The position numbers were made by a program, and so were the translations under genes. The notes below the pieces were generated by a model. It made no database searches and was not told the origin of the DNA. It was given only the letters and a program-made list of their open reading frames with translations. Shown one piece after another: positions 17,459-26,781 of a DNA stretch of 35,173 nt; position 1 is the stretch's first letter; the number at the start of each line of letters is the position of its first letter. The DNA comes from a virus (taxonomy: Duplodnaviria; Caudoviricetes): positions 1 through 35,173 of the IMG/VR virus record IMGVR_UViG_3300038749_000009, one strand, 5' to 3'.

Positions 17459-19821
17459 GTAACGTAACGCCAGAAATCAAAACAAGATTCAGTTTCAGAG
17501 GAATGTCTGAGGCGGTTTCTGGCTTCCGTAAATTTCAGCAGTCTGCTCGCGATAGCATCAATAATATAAAGCAGTCGGGCGCGAAGGCTCTCGAACCGTT
17601 TCAGAAAGACATCGAGAAGTCGAAGCGCTCACTGGCGACATTAAAATCTGCATCTCTGTCAGTCGGTAAGGTCGGCTTCGGCGGTCTCAAAACTGGCGCA
17701 GAAACCGCTTTCAAAACAATTTCTATCGGTGCCGCCAGTGCCGTCGCGGCGCTCGCCACGGTGTCAGCCGCTGCCATAAAAATGAGCAAAGATACGGCTG
17801 GCGAATGGGATAAGCTTTCTAAGCAATCTCGTGCGCTCGGAGTGTCTCCTGAAGACCTGTCTGTGCTTGGATTTGCTGGCGCTGGCGAAGGCGTGGCTGG
17901 TGATGAAATAGTCAAAGGCCTTTCCAAAATCGGCTCTGAATTTCTAGGCATTCGGCAGAAAATCAGTGAAGCAAATGATGAGTTTTCTGCGTTTAAAACC
18001 AATGCTCGTAAAGATGCCATTTTCTCACTTCGCGCTGGAAATATTGATGGTTTGACGTCCGCAGGTGATGCCGTTGGGCAAGCTCGGATGTCGTCACTCG
18101 CAGGCATACAAGAGTACAAAAGTCAGCTTGAACACCGCATTGCGCGTGCCGCACCGTATGAGAACCAAACCCTGCAGACACAACAGTTTGTCCATGGTTT
18201 GCGTCAACAGCTCGCGGAGCTTGAGAAAGCTGAGCGCACTCTGAAGAAGAGTTTTGGACCCGTTGGCGAAGCACTTTTTGGCCTTGAAAAGTATGGTCTG
18301 GACGTCGAGAAAGCCAGTAAGGGCGGCATGGAAGGCCTCCTAGCACTTTCTGACGCTATGCAGAAAGTTGACGATCCGACACAGCGCCTGCGCTTTGCAA
18401 TTCAATTGTTCGGCGAGGACGCGGGTGCAAAAATGGTGCCTCTTCTTGAAGGCGGTCGCACAGCTATCGAGAATTATAGAAAAGAGCTGGAACGCCTGGG
18501 CGGTGTAGTCACCAAGCGCGACACAGATATAGGTGTTGCTTATGCGACTTCGGCTGAGAATTTCAGGCGGTCTATCAACGGCGTGAAAATGGCCGTCGCT
18601 CGTGAAGTGTTGCCGTTGCTCACCGAGAGCACGGACGCGATGACGGAGTTTATGGTTCGCTATCGCGAGCGAATTGCTGGTATTTTAAAGGACGGATTTG
18701 TCTACGCGCGCAACCTGGTCAGCGATATTATTGGTGTTTTCCAAGGCCAACGCGCAGGTTTTAAAACGCCGTGGTTAGACACGCTTTTTGAGAAACTGGA
18801 ATCGGCCAGAGCCTTCATTTCCGACATGTATAAAGAACTGAAGAAGCTATGGGACGGTGAAGATTCACGGTTCGAATGGCTGAACAAGATAAGGGATGGC
18901 ATCGTCGTCGCAATCAAATTTGTCAAAGATTTATATGCAATTTTGCGCGGTCAGGATGCTTCTGAATTCAAGTGGTTGAACGACCTACGCGACCAAGCGA
19001 AAGCCTTCGGGCAGGATTTTATGCAGGCGTTGGAAATGGTGAAAACCGTCTTGTCTGCGATCCATACACTTCTTCAGCCAGTCGCTGACTTTTTCGGTCT
19101 CGACGTTACGACGCTACTTCTGTTCGTCGGCATGACCAAATTTATTGGTCTTTTTGGACTAGCCGCTACCGCCGCTGGACAGCTCATGAAAGTCCTTGGG
19201 GCGCTGTTTGCGATGGGCGGCGGTGGCGCTCTTGCAAAAAGTATTGCTGGTATCGCAACCGCCGCGACAGGTGCATCTGCAGTCGGCGGTGTTGGTTCTG
19301 TCGCAGGAGCTGGCGCTGCTGGTGCACTGGGACTCGGAGCAAAGGCAGGCATCCTTGGCGCGGCCGTGGTCGGCGGCGGTGCATTAGGCTGGTACGGCGG
19401 TAAAAAAGCTTATGAATGGAGCGGTTGGAAAGCCTCGGATGAAGCCCGTCAGAGTGACGTTCAGAAAAACTTGAAGACAAAATATGATGCCGACTTCGAC
19501 AAGGCTTTTGCTCGATACGACCGAAAAAGACAAGGTGATTGGTACAGAAGTCAGGGCATCAATACTCAGATGGGTCTTGAAACTGCCCACTTATTGCCTG
19601 GTGGTGTCGTGAATTTGTGGGGAGAAAATCTATCGGAATCCGACCGCAGATTCATAAAAGAAGATGCGGAATATAATAAGAATTCAAGGGCTTCGACGGA
19701 AACCGTAAACGTGAATCTGACGTTGAACGGCCAAGGCCTCGGCACGCTTCAAGCAGATCCACTGACAGCTCGGAAGATGAATCAAACCCTTTACAGTATG
19801 CAACAAAAAGGGGGGTATTGA
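17455..19821 (+). CDS. Tape measure protein (788 aa)
   Basis: Long helical Ala/Gly-rich protein; DPTQRLRFAIQLFGEDAGAKMVPLL core; follows the chaperones. Confidence 0.9.
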   Translation: MSNVTPEIKTRFSFRGMSEAVSGFRKFQQSARDSINNIKQSGAKALEPFQKDIEKSKRSLATLKSASLSVGKVGFGGLKTGAETAFKTISIGAASAVAALATVSAAAIKMSKDTAGEWDKLSKQSRALGVSPEDLSVLGFAGAGEGVAGDEIVKGLSKIGSEFLGIRQKISEANDEFSAFKTNARKDAIFSLRAGNIDGLTSAGDAVGQARMSSLAGIQEYKSQLEHRIARAAPYENQTLQTQQFVHGLRQQLAELEKAERTLKKSFGPVGEALFGLEKYGLDVEKASKGGMEGLLALSDAMQKVDDPTQRLRFAIQLFGEDAGAKMVPLLEGGRTAIENYRKELERLGGVVTKRDTDIGVAYATSAENFRRSINGVKMAVAREVLPLLTESTDAMTEFMVRYRERIAGILKDGFVYARNLVSDIIGVFQGQRAGFKTPWLDTLFEKLESARAFISDMYKELKKLWDGEDSRFEWLNKIRDGIVVAIKFVKDLYAILRGQDASEFKWLNDLRDQAKAFGQDFMQALEMVKTVLSAIHTLLQPVADFFGLDVTTLLLFVGMTKFIGLFGLAATAAGQLMKVLGALFAMGGGGALAKSIAGIATAATGASAVGGVGSVAGAGAAGALGLGAKAGILGAAVVGGGALGWYGGKKAYEWSGWKASDEARQSDVQKNLKTKYDADFDKAFARYDRKRQGDWYRSQGINTQMGLETAHLLPGGVVNLWGENLSESDRRFIKEDAEYNKNSRASTETVNVNLTLNGQGLGTLQADPLTARKMNQTLYSMQQKGGY

Positions 19822-20396
19822 TGACCGATTTTCCAATTACCACGACACTTATATCGGATGATTTGGCAGTTGGCTGGCAAACGGCTTTCGGCCTGACCGT
19901 CGATTTTTCGCCAATTGAAGATTCAGGTCACATCGTGCGCTCTTGGAATGGACAGGCGCGAAACCTAGCAGCCGACGAATTCAAGCTTTTCAAATGCACG
20001 ATTTCGTCATCTGATGATATGCGACCACCAGCGTTGAGCCATATGTGGCCTGGTTCAACATTTACAATAATCCCTCCATGTGAATTCGCTGACGCAATAC
20101 AGCCTGGAGCGCAGTCCCGCACGCTCATTCGATATCCGTATAAAGTGGACGCAACTGGCTATACCTCGATCCGCTGTTTGACCAAAAATTTTGAACCTGT
20201 CCCTTTCACAGTTTGGAACAAAGTCGTCACTTTGGCCGCTCCAGCGACCGAGACTGTGCGCATTTTTTACAGGCCGTGGATTGATTTGTTCGTAACCGAA
20301 CCTTGGTCTTCATCCGCGCACGAGCAGAACGCAACTGTTCAATGGAGCCTGACTGCAGAGGAAATCGGTGGCCCCGATTGGCAGGGAGATAACTAA
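19821..20396 (+). CDS. Distal tail (Dit-like) protein
   Basis: Directly after the tape measure with a TGATG overlap; 'RSWNGQARNL' and 'WSLTAEEI' beta motifs; assigned mainly by position. Confidence 0.6.
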   Translation: MTDFPITTTLISDDLAVGWQTAFGLTVDFSPIEDSGHIVRSWNGQARNLAADEFKLFKCTISSSDDMRPPALSHMWPGSTFTIIPPCEFADAIQPGAQSRTLIRYPYKVDATGYTSIRCLTKNFEPVPFTVWNKVVTLAAPATETVRIFYRPWIDLFVTEPWSSSAHEQNATVQWSLTAEEIGGPDWQGDN

Positions 20397-22240
20397 TGCT
20401 CTATCTCTCCTGGCTTCCAGCTTACAACACACCTTTTAATCCCGTCACTCACGCTCGCGAAGACGAATTCTGCATTCGTGGAAGCATTTATGAGCAAGAA
20501 GAAGGCGATATCATCAACTCAGGCTTCGAAGTCGAGATTCCGAATCCGGGGCTTGGATTGCTCGGCATCGGTCGGAGTGAAAGGTATGCTGTACTAAGCG
20601 AGAAGCTAGCTTCCGATAATATTCCTGTTGAACTCGCACGTGGTCGCGTTATCTCTGTGCCTTCGGAGCTTGGTCAACAGACTTTAACGCTCAGATTTCA
20701 GTGTGTGCCACCTGATGAAGATGTGGTGCTGAAAGCGGCGGCCGACGCTTTGAGAACTGGGGAAATCGATGGGTATGATCCGAACGGCTCTCTTGCATCG
20801 CGCATACCTTATGAATCGTATGATGCTCTATTTCACAGTCGGGATGCTTCCGATGACCCGATGAGCGCGCTTGCTGGGCGATTGGAATTCTGGCGCTGGG
20901 ATAGAAAAACCCTGCAAATCGAACGCGTTTCAATGATCAACGGCAATATAACACATGCTATTGATCAGAGCGGATTTGAGAATTCTCTGACTGTCAATTT
21001 GCGGAATCCACCGCGCTCTAAAACAAGATTGCGAGTGGTTGCAAGCTGGACGCAGGAAGCCAAGGGCGTTCAGACTCTTCCAGCGATTTGGGAAGCGGTA
21101 CAAACTTACAGCTGGCAAGATTTAGCTCAAAGTCTACCTCAACCCGGAACACCAGTCGGTGAAAATACGGGCTGGCATGTCGCTGAATCTTTCATCGAAT
21201 ACGTTAATCCGGATGGTATTTTAGATTCTTATGACGTCGGAAGAGAAAAATATGCTCTGAATGATGAAAAAGTCATCGGCTGTCAGGTTTTATTGCAAGC
21301 TGCTACTGTCAAAATGCAAGTGCGATTGGGCTACGATTTTCAGCAACAACGCGAAGAGCATTTGACGATTTCCATGCCTGTTGATCAGCAAGAAATTTTG
21401 GGTGATGACAAAGCCGAAGTCGCTGATGTCATTAATCTAGCACCGCTAAACCTCGATCCATCAACAAAATTATGGACATCCGAGCATCCCGATACGCTTG
21501 AGCCGATGGAATACGAAGTTGGCGATGAAGTAATATATAATGGTCACAAGTGGCGCTGTATCGTCGCGCACACGGCTGGCACTCTTTTCTCTTTCGCGTC
21601 ATTCGTTCAAATAGCAAAAAGCGCCCCGATTACACAATCGGCTGCGCGATATTTTGACTCGGATCGTGGTACTCGAAGCGTGAGATACGCAGTTCGCATG
21701 CTGAATCGTCGTGTAATTGCACGCGCCAGATGCCTTGAAATCTCATTCCAATGCGAATGGTCGGCCGCTCGCTCAATGACAACACGAGATTCTTGTCGTG
21801 TCGAAAATCGCAAAATCGGCAGTGTGAGCGCGAAGATTTCAAGCATCAAACTGGTTGCTGATGGCGCAAAAAGATTTGCGGAAATCACATTATTGGCGTG
21901 CTTGGGCAACGGCGGAAATCCACCATTTCCCGTAGGAAGTGAACAGCAAACAGGTGACAATGGGGAAATAGTTTATTCGTTATCTGCACCGCTAGCATCA
22001 CAACCGACCAATGCAAACGCGTTGCGCGGGCAGTCGCACAATATTCATATTATAAATGGTTATTCGGATCAAAGAAACGTAGCCAGAGGCATGCCTGACC
22101 CTGTCGAAATCATCGAGAATATGCCTACGCAAATCTATCTCGACGTCGATCCGATCCGTGAGGAAGACCTTTTAACACGCAATCTGACGGTGACTTGTAA
22201 ACCGATTTGGCTTCAACGGAATGCTGTTATCGGAAGCTAG
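20396..22240 (+). CDS. Tail tip/hub protein with an inserted CBM5/12-like carbohydrate-binding module
   Basis: 614 aa after Dit; internal YEVGDEVIYNGHKWRCIVAHT motif. Confidence 0.65.
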   Translation: MLYLSWLPAYNTPFNPVTHAREDEFCIRGSIYEQEEGDIINSGFEVEIPNPGLGLLGIGRSERYAVLSEKLASDNIPVELARGRVISVPSELGQQTLTLRFQCVPPDEDVVLKAAADALRTGEIDGYDPNGSLASRIPYESYDALFHSRDASDDPMSALAGRLEFWRWDRKTLQIERVSMINGNITHAIDQSGFENSLTVNLRNPPRSKTRLRVVASWTQEAKGVQTLPAIWEAVQTYSWQDLAQSLPQPGTPVGENTGWHVAESFIEYVNPDGILDSYDVGREKYALNDEKVIGCQVLLQAATVKMQVRLGYDFQQQREEHLTISMPVDQQEILGDDKAEVADVINLAPLNLDPSTKLWTSEHPDTLEPMEYEVGDEVIYNGHKWRCIVAHTAGTLFSFASFVQIAKSAPITQSAARYFDSDRGTRSVRYAVRMLNRRVIARARCLEISFQCEWSAARSMTTRDSCRVENRKIGSVSAKISSIKLVADGAKRFAEITLLACLGNGGNPPFPVGSEQQTGDNGEIVYSLSAPLASQPTNANALRGQSHNIHIINGYSDQRNVARGMPDPVEIIENMPTQIYLDVDPIREEDLLTRNLTVTCKPIWLQRNAVIGS

Positions 22241-22246
22241 GAGTAA

Positions 22247-22498
22247 TTGAATATGGACATGGAAATCGAAAATTCTAGCGAACTTTTCACAGTTATGAAC
22301 ACGATGAGATTTCAAGCTCAGGAGCAAGCGCGTCGGGATCGTATGTATCAGCCGACTCGTGGCTCTATACGTGATAGCAGCGCACGCAGGAGAGATAGCT
22401 ACTCGACGACAATGATCATCGGCTCGACAGAAAGGTGCGATCTGTCGAGCGCGATTGTAGCGACAAATGTTGTCAGATTACCGCCAGACAACAATTGA
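22247..22498 (+). CDS. Small hypothetical protein at the end of the tail operon
   Basis: AGGAG RBS; 83 aa; may be a minor tail protein or a truncated gene. Confidence 0.5.
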   Translation: MNMDMEIENSSELFTVMNTMRFQAQEQARRDRMYQPTRGSIRDSSARRRDSYSTTMIIGSTERCDLSSAIVATNVVRLPPDNN

Positions 22499-22500
22499 AT

Positions 22501-22806
22501 TTATGGGATTTCTATCGGCACAAGCCGCGTCGTCGCGTAATCAGACATCAAGCGGATATTTTTGATCATATCAGCCAGCACTGACGGATCTCGACCTTCA
22601 TTTTCAAGCTTTTCGGCAATAGCAATCAGCATGTCTTGTCCGCTTAGCATGTCATTTTTGTCAACGGTGCCAATTTTTACGGCTTCATCGATGGCGTTCA
22701 GAAGGTAAATTCCATCTTCAGGCAGCGTAGTAAGCGCGGATTGTAGCCTGAGTTCTTCTGCTTCTTCGGCGCTGATGTTCACTTTCAGAATGTCAATGTT
22801 GCTCAT
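22501..22806 (-). CDS. Hypothetical protein (101 aa, acidic, helical)
   Basis: AAGGA RBS and start codon lie in a 12-bp hairpin. Confidence 0.6.
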   Translation of the reverse strand: MSNIDILKVNISAEEAEELRLQSALTTLPEDGIYLLNAIDEAVKIGTVDKNDMLSGQDMLIAIAEKLENEGRDPSVLADMIKNIRLMSDYATTRLVPIEIP

Positions 22807-22866
22807 ATGCGGCTTCCTTTTTCTGAAGCCGCATATACAAGGATCTTTCAGGTTTGTCCGGGCAAA

Positions 22867-24084
22867 TCAGAAATCCTTTTCCAAGGACTTTGCTGAACTG
22901 GAATTTGAACCAGCAATTTTGCTAATCTGAAATTCAATCTGATTAGAAATCCGTTCACATTCATCAAGCATTTGGTCTTGATGCGGTAACATTTTTCCCA
23001 TTCCCATTATCGCTAGACCAGGATTGTTTTTTGAAGCTGCAACGGCATCCTTCCAAATTTTATCGGCCGACACTCCAGACGCTTTTACCCATTCTTCGAA
23101 TGGCCCCATATTTTGTCTCAGTTCTTCAAGCCGATAAGCGCCTTCCGGAGTTGTGCTGCAGGCAGATTTTGCGACAATATATTGAACATAGATGGTCCGC
23201 ACCTTTTCTTCTAAAGTGCCTTCCATAGCTCCGAATGGATTAATCAGATTAAATAGGTCTTTCTCGAATTGACTACGCGGTTTTGTGTCTACTTCTTGAG
23301 GCTTTGCCCGTTTACGAAGGACTGCATGTTCTAAACCGCGTTCTTTGATAATCCAGTCGTATGAATCGACATTTGGACATGAATTTTGAATAACTAAACC
23401 ATAAGCTACTGCGTCTTCTTTGTCCTGCTTATTCTCAGGGGACGTATAAAGCATCATTATTTTATTTCTATCAAATAGCTTATTAAACCTTGGATAGTAG
23501 ATTGAAGACATATCTCTATCGCAATAAATGAATGTTTCTATCTCGTGCTTGCCAGCTTTCACTATTGTTTTGACTAAATTTGTTAAATTCTTATTTTTAT
23601 CCAAAGCGATAACATTATACATATCCTTGGAGCCATTGCTGACTACTGCGTTCTCGATGCTGCTGTCAGCTTCTGGTTCGGGTAATTCTTTATACGCCAC
23701 CCGTTCGCAAACACGGTTGTACACACGGGAATTTAGATCGCCACTAGCTGGCAAATCCACTTTGAACTCTTGGCCAGTGTCGTCGCGCAAAAATCGTGGG
23801 TTTTTATCATCACAGTATACAATAGCTGAGAGACTCTCATTCTTGCCCGTCGATGAAAAGGTCGAATAGGTAATATATTTGGTATTTTTTACCTCTGTAT
23901 TCTTGATGGTATTTATATATAGCTCTTTAAATTCATTCGTATCTGGTCTTGTTGCTGATCCAATATATTCAGCATTTAATTTCGTTGCTTCAGCAAGAGA
24001 AGCATCAGTCCCGCAAAAGATAGCTAAGCCAGATACAACTGCCAATAGATAGGATTTCAGTGCAACTGAACGAGTAACAGTCAT
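22867..24084 (-). CDS. Secreted/periplasmic hypothetical protein (lysogenic conversion candidate)
   Basis: GAGG RBS, ATG 24084; signal peptide ending ASLA; Cys pairs; AT-rich; antisense to late genes. Confidence 0.7.
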   Translation of the reverse strand: MTVTRSVALKSYLLAVVSGLAIFCGTDASLAEATKLNAEYIGSATRPDTNEFKELYINTIKNTEVKNTKYITYSTFSSTGKNESLSAIVYCDDKNPRFLRDDTGQEFKVDLPASGDLNSRVYNRVCERVAYKELPEPEADSSIENAVVSNGSKDMYNVIALDKNKNLTNLVKTIVKAGKHEIETFIYCDRDMSSIYYPRFNKLFDRNKIMMLYTSPENKQDKEDAVAYGLVIQNSCPNVDSYDWIIKERGLEHAVLRKRAKPQEVDTKPRSQFEKDLFNLINPFGAMEGTLEEKVRTIYVQYIVAKSACSTTPEGAYRLEELRQNMGPFEEWVKASGVSADKIWKDAVAASKNNPGLAIMGMGKMLPHQDQMLDECERISNQIEFQISKIAGSNSSSAKSLEKDF

Positions 24085-24122
24085 TTTCCCCACCTCAAAA
24101 TTTCTCGGTCGAAATTAAGGCC

Positions 24123-24134
24123 TAGAATCTTGCA
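24123..24134 (+). promoter_or_regulatory. Late-promoter motif TAGAATCTTGCA, copy 4
   Basis: 50 nt before ATG 24185. Confidence 0.7.
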
Positions 24135-24184
24135 GTTCAAGCTGTTGTCGTAGTCAAAACGCATTTCAAACTGAGAATTTTTCA

Positions 24185-24436
24185 ATGACAACCGATTTTC
24201 CATCAAAAGAGCTTTTAGAAGTCATACGCTCGCAAGCGCGCATGGAAGAAAAGCTGGATTCCTTTCTTAAAAATTCGACATCTATGCAAGCAAAATTATC
24301 GTCTATTGAGTCAGATGTAGCAGAGCTAAAAGCAAAGCGTCGAGAAGACAAAGCTTATATAGCAGCTCTGTCGGCGGTTTTCTCCGTAGCATTTGCTATT
24401 ATATTACCAGTCGCCAAGAAATTTTTTGGAATTTAA
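24185..24436 (+). CDS. Coiled-coil protein with a C-terminal TM helix (XhlA/holin-associated type)
   Basis: Heptads QARMEEKLDSF...LSSIESDVAELK; TM YIAALSAVFSVAFAIILPV. Confidence 0.6.
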   Translation: MTTDFPSKELLEVIRSQARMEEKLDSFLKNSTSMQAKLSSIESDVAELKAKRREDKAYIAALSAVFSVAFAIILPVAKKFFGI

Positions 24437-24517
24437 TTTACTCATTTTCCGCTTATTACGCATAGAAATGTCAACATAGTTTGCGATAAGTCATTGATTA
24501 CATTGAAAAAAAGAGTT

Positions 24518-24536
24518 TGTATTGATCATGAATACA
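24518..24536 (+). promoter_or_regulatory. Palindromic operator GTATT-N7-AATAC overlapping a TTGTAT -35 upstream of the A1-like gene
   Basis: TGTATTgatcatgAATACA; 19/21 identical to the reverse complement of the copy at 29899-29917 with flanks. Confidence 0.75.
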
Positions 24537-24577
24537 CCGAATAATTTACTTGTCATCAAGAGTGAAAGGAAAATCTC

Positions 24578-26332
24578 ATGACAAGTAAACAACTTAAGAA
24601 ACACTTCGAACGTGAATTATCTACACAGATAGACATGGAAATCGAAAGACGAAAAACCCCGGAAGAGCTATTTAATTCAGGCGCATCTATACGAGAAGTT
24701 GCAGAAAAATGTGAACTTACTTTCTACGCATCTCGCAAAATATGGCTGTCCATCAACAAGCCATCAGAACCAAAATCAGCGACCGAAGCCGTCGAAAAGA
24801 TTTGGCCTTCAGAGACTGTAGAAACCCCTTCAGAAGACGAAAAACCAGCCAAAAAGCAGAAGCCCCGCATTTCCGAATTGCCGACCATTGATGCCGATTT
24901 AGAACCTGGAATTGTCCATCGCTTTCTAATTTCGGCGGCTCAGGATGACACCCCGGTGCATGCAGAATTCCTGCGAAATATGGAGGCCTATGCGCAATAT
25001 ATTGGCGCTCATATTGTCATCGGTGGTCATACGTATCAGCTCGGTCTGTTCGAAGATCATTCAGCGCAAGCTAATGTTTATGATCCATCACTTCATCAAT
25101 ATCTGTGTCACGACCGCGTTCAATTGACGCCTGATGTGCTCTATCTCGGCAGTGCAAACGTTCTTCCGACGACCGCAAACCCTCTGAATGGCTGGCTCAC
25201 GCAAAACCACGGCGGTCATGTCATCGTTCCTCACTCCCGTATCGCATTGCAATCTATTCCCCGACTGCAGGGACAAGACCCCCGCTTTGCAGTCAGCACG
25301 GGTACCGTGACTATGCCGAATTACACCGCTCGCGCTGCAGGCCAGAAGAGCATTTTTCATCATACTTTCGGCTTCACCGTGGTTGAAATTGATGTTGATG
25401 GAGAAGTATTTTTACGCCCAGTTTCTGCGTCGGATGACGGCACTTTTCAAGACCTGAATACATTCGTGATGGACGGCGAATGCTTCGGTGATCAGCGCGT
25501 GCGAGCGATATCGTGGGGCGACATTCACCATGAACAGCTTGATCTAGTCATTGCCGCGTCAAGCTTCGGATATGACCGGAAAACAAAGCAGAGGCTGGAC
25601 AACATCAACATTTTGGATGGCCTCCAGCCCGAGTTGCAATTCTTCCACGACACATTGGATTTCCGCCGTCGAAATCACCACAATCTGGCAGATCCGCACG
25701 TAATGGCTCTCGTGTCAGCAGGCGGGTCTGAAAATGTCGAGGCAGAGGTGCAGGAAGCGTCTGACTTTATAGCAGCGTGCACACGTGATTTTTGTAGAAC
25801 CGTTGTTGTCGAAAGCAACCACGACAACGCGCTAGCAAGATGGCTCAAGAATGTTGACGGGGCTGGAGACGTCAAGAACGCCTATTATTGGCACGATCTC
25901 AACGCCGCGTGGCATAAAGCAATTCGAGCTGGCAATGATATTTTCAATGTCGTTGAATACGGATTGCGCCGAGCCAACCTGCCGGATTCCGTGGAATTTG
26001 TGGGCGCTGGCCAAGGTTATCAAGTCGACGGCATTGAATGCGGTTTGCATGGGGATCTTGGAATTTCCGGATCACGAGGAAGCCCAAATCAATTCAAAAG
26101 GTTTGGCGTCAGGACGTCCACGGGACACACACATACGCCATCGATATCCGAAGGTGCCTACGTTTCTGGTGTCAGCGCTAAGCTGGATCAAGGGTATAAT
26201 AAGGGACCAACGACTTGGGCACACGCGCATATCGTTCAATATCACAACGGAAAACGCACGCTTCTCCTGTTGTCGGCAGATGGTCGCTGTCAAGCCATGG
26301 GCGACCGCGTGCAGATGCAGATGGCTGCTTGA
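24578..26332 (+). CDS. T5 A1-like protein: N-terminal HTH plus calcineurin-like metallophosphoesterase (putative DNase)
   Basis: GDIHH, HD..D, SNHD, HGD and GHTH metal-binding motifs; FLISAAQDDT, NVLPTTANPL, STGTVT..NY..AGQK..FHH blocks recalled from A1-family proteins; HTH SIREVAEKCELT. Confidence 0.75.
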   Translation: MTSKQLKKHFERELSTQIDMEIERRKTPEELFNSGASIREVAEKCELTFYASRKIWLSINKPSEPKSATEAVEKIWPSETVETPSEDEKPAKKQKPRISELPTIDADLEPGIVHRFLISAAQDDTPVHAEFLRNMEAYAQYIGAHIVIGGHTYQLGLFEDHSAQANVYDPSLHQYLCHDRVQLTPDVLYLGSANVLPTTANPLNGWLTQNHGGHVIVPHSRIALQSIPRLQGQDPRFAVSTGTVTMPNYTARAAGQKSIFHHTFGFTVVEIDVDGEVFLRPVSASDDGTFQDLNTFVMDGECFGDQRVRAISWGDIHHEQLDLVIAASSFGYDRKTKQRLDNINILDGLQPELQFFHDTLDFRRRNHHNLADPHVMALVSAGGSENVEAEVQEASDFIAACTRDFCRTVVVESNHDNALARWLKNVDGAGDVKNAYYWHDLNAAWHKAIRAGNDIFNVVEYGLRRANLPDSVEFVGAGQGYQVDGIECGLHGDLGISGSRGSPNQFKRFGVRTSTGHTHTPSISEGAYVSGVSAKLDQGYNKGPTTWAHAHIVQYHNGKRTLLLLSADGRCQAMGDRVQMQMAA

Positions 26333-26407
26333 TTGATGAAAATATTCATTTACTTGATAGATTCATGTGTTATTTCATGTAGATAGCACATGAATCTGGG
26401 GGAGTAG

Positions 26408-26653
26408 ATGGGTAAAAATATTATCGTTCTAATAATAATTGCAATGATTGCATTTGTATTTTTTAAGGGTTGTCAGCGAGCTACTGAAGCTGAAAATAGA
26501 GTTGAAGCACCGTATGCAGCTGCTATGAAAGAAGGACTAAAACGAGCATATCCGAGAGATTGTCCGGTATATTTTGAATCCAATTTCATTGCAAAACTGA
26601 CAACGATGAGAAAATTTTCTTGGTGTGATGAACTGAAGAATGAAATGCAATAA
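26408..26653 (+). CDS. Small N-terminally membrane-anchored hypothetical protein
   Basis: GGAG RBS; hydrophobic N-terminus followed by KGC; AT-rich. Confidence 0.6.
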   Translation: MGKNIIVLIIIAMIAFVFFKGCQRATEAENRVEAPYAAAMKEGLKRAYPRDCPVYFESNFIAKLTTMRKFSWCDELKNEMQ

Positions 26654-26676
26654 ATAACTCTAACATCAACCATTCT

Positions 26677-26709
26677 ACCATGCCGTTTTCATGTAACGGC
26701 ATGGTTTTC
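26677..26709 (+). terminator. Intrinsic terminator
   Basis: ACCATGCCGTT-7nt-AACGGCATGGT followed by TTT. Confidence 0.75.
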
Positions 26710-26781
26710 GATTTAATTTTTTCTTGCAACTTACATTGAGACAGAAGAAAATGGGAACAATAATTCAGAGTTCCTATTTTT

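Noticed and set aside
3529-19590. Antisense shadow ORFs (e.g. 3529-4047, 11254-11637, 12644-13156, 17601-18119, 19074-19352)
   Set aside because: They lie opposite well-supported genes, are Ser/Ala-biased mirror translations and show no motifs.
3659-22240. Gene transfer agent
   Set aside because: Lambda-type Nu1/GpA terminase, a cos-like site, gpE capsid, long tape measure and heavy accessory cargo do not fit an RcGTA-type cluster.
24578-26332. SbcD/Mre11 nuclease
   Set aside because: The phosphoesterase domain is C-terminal behind a different N-terminal region, and there is no SbcC/Rad50 partner.
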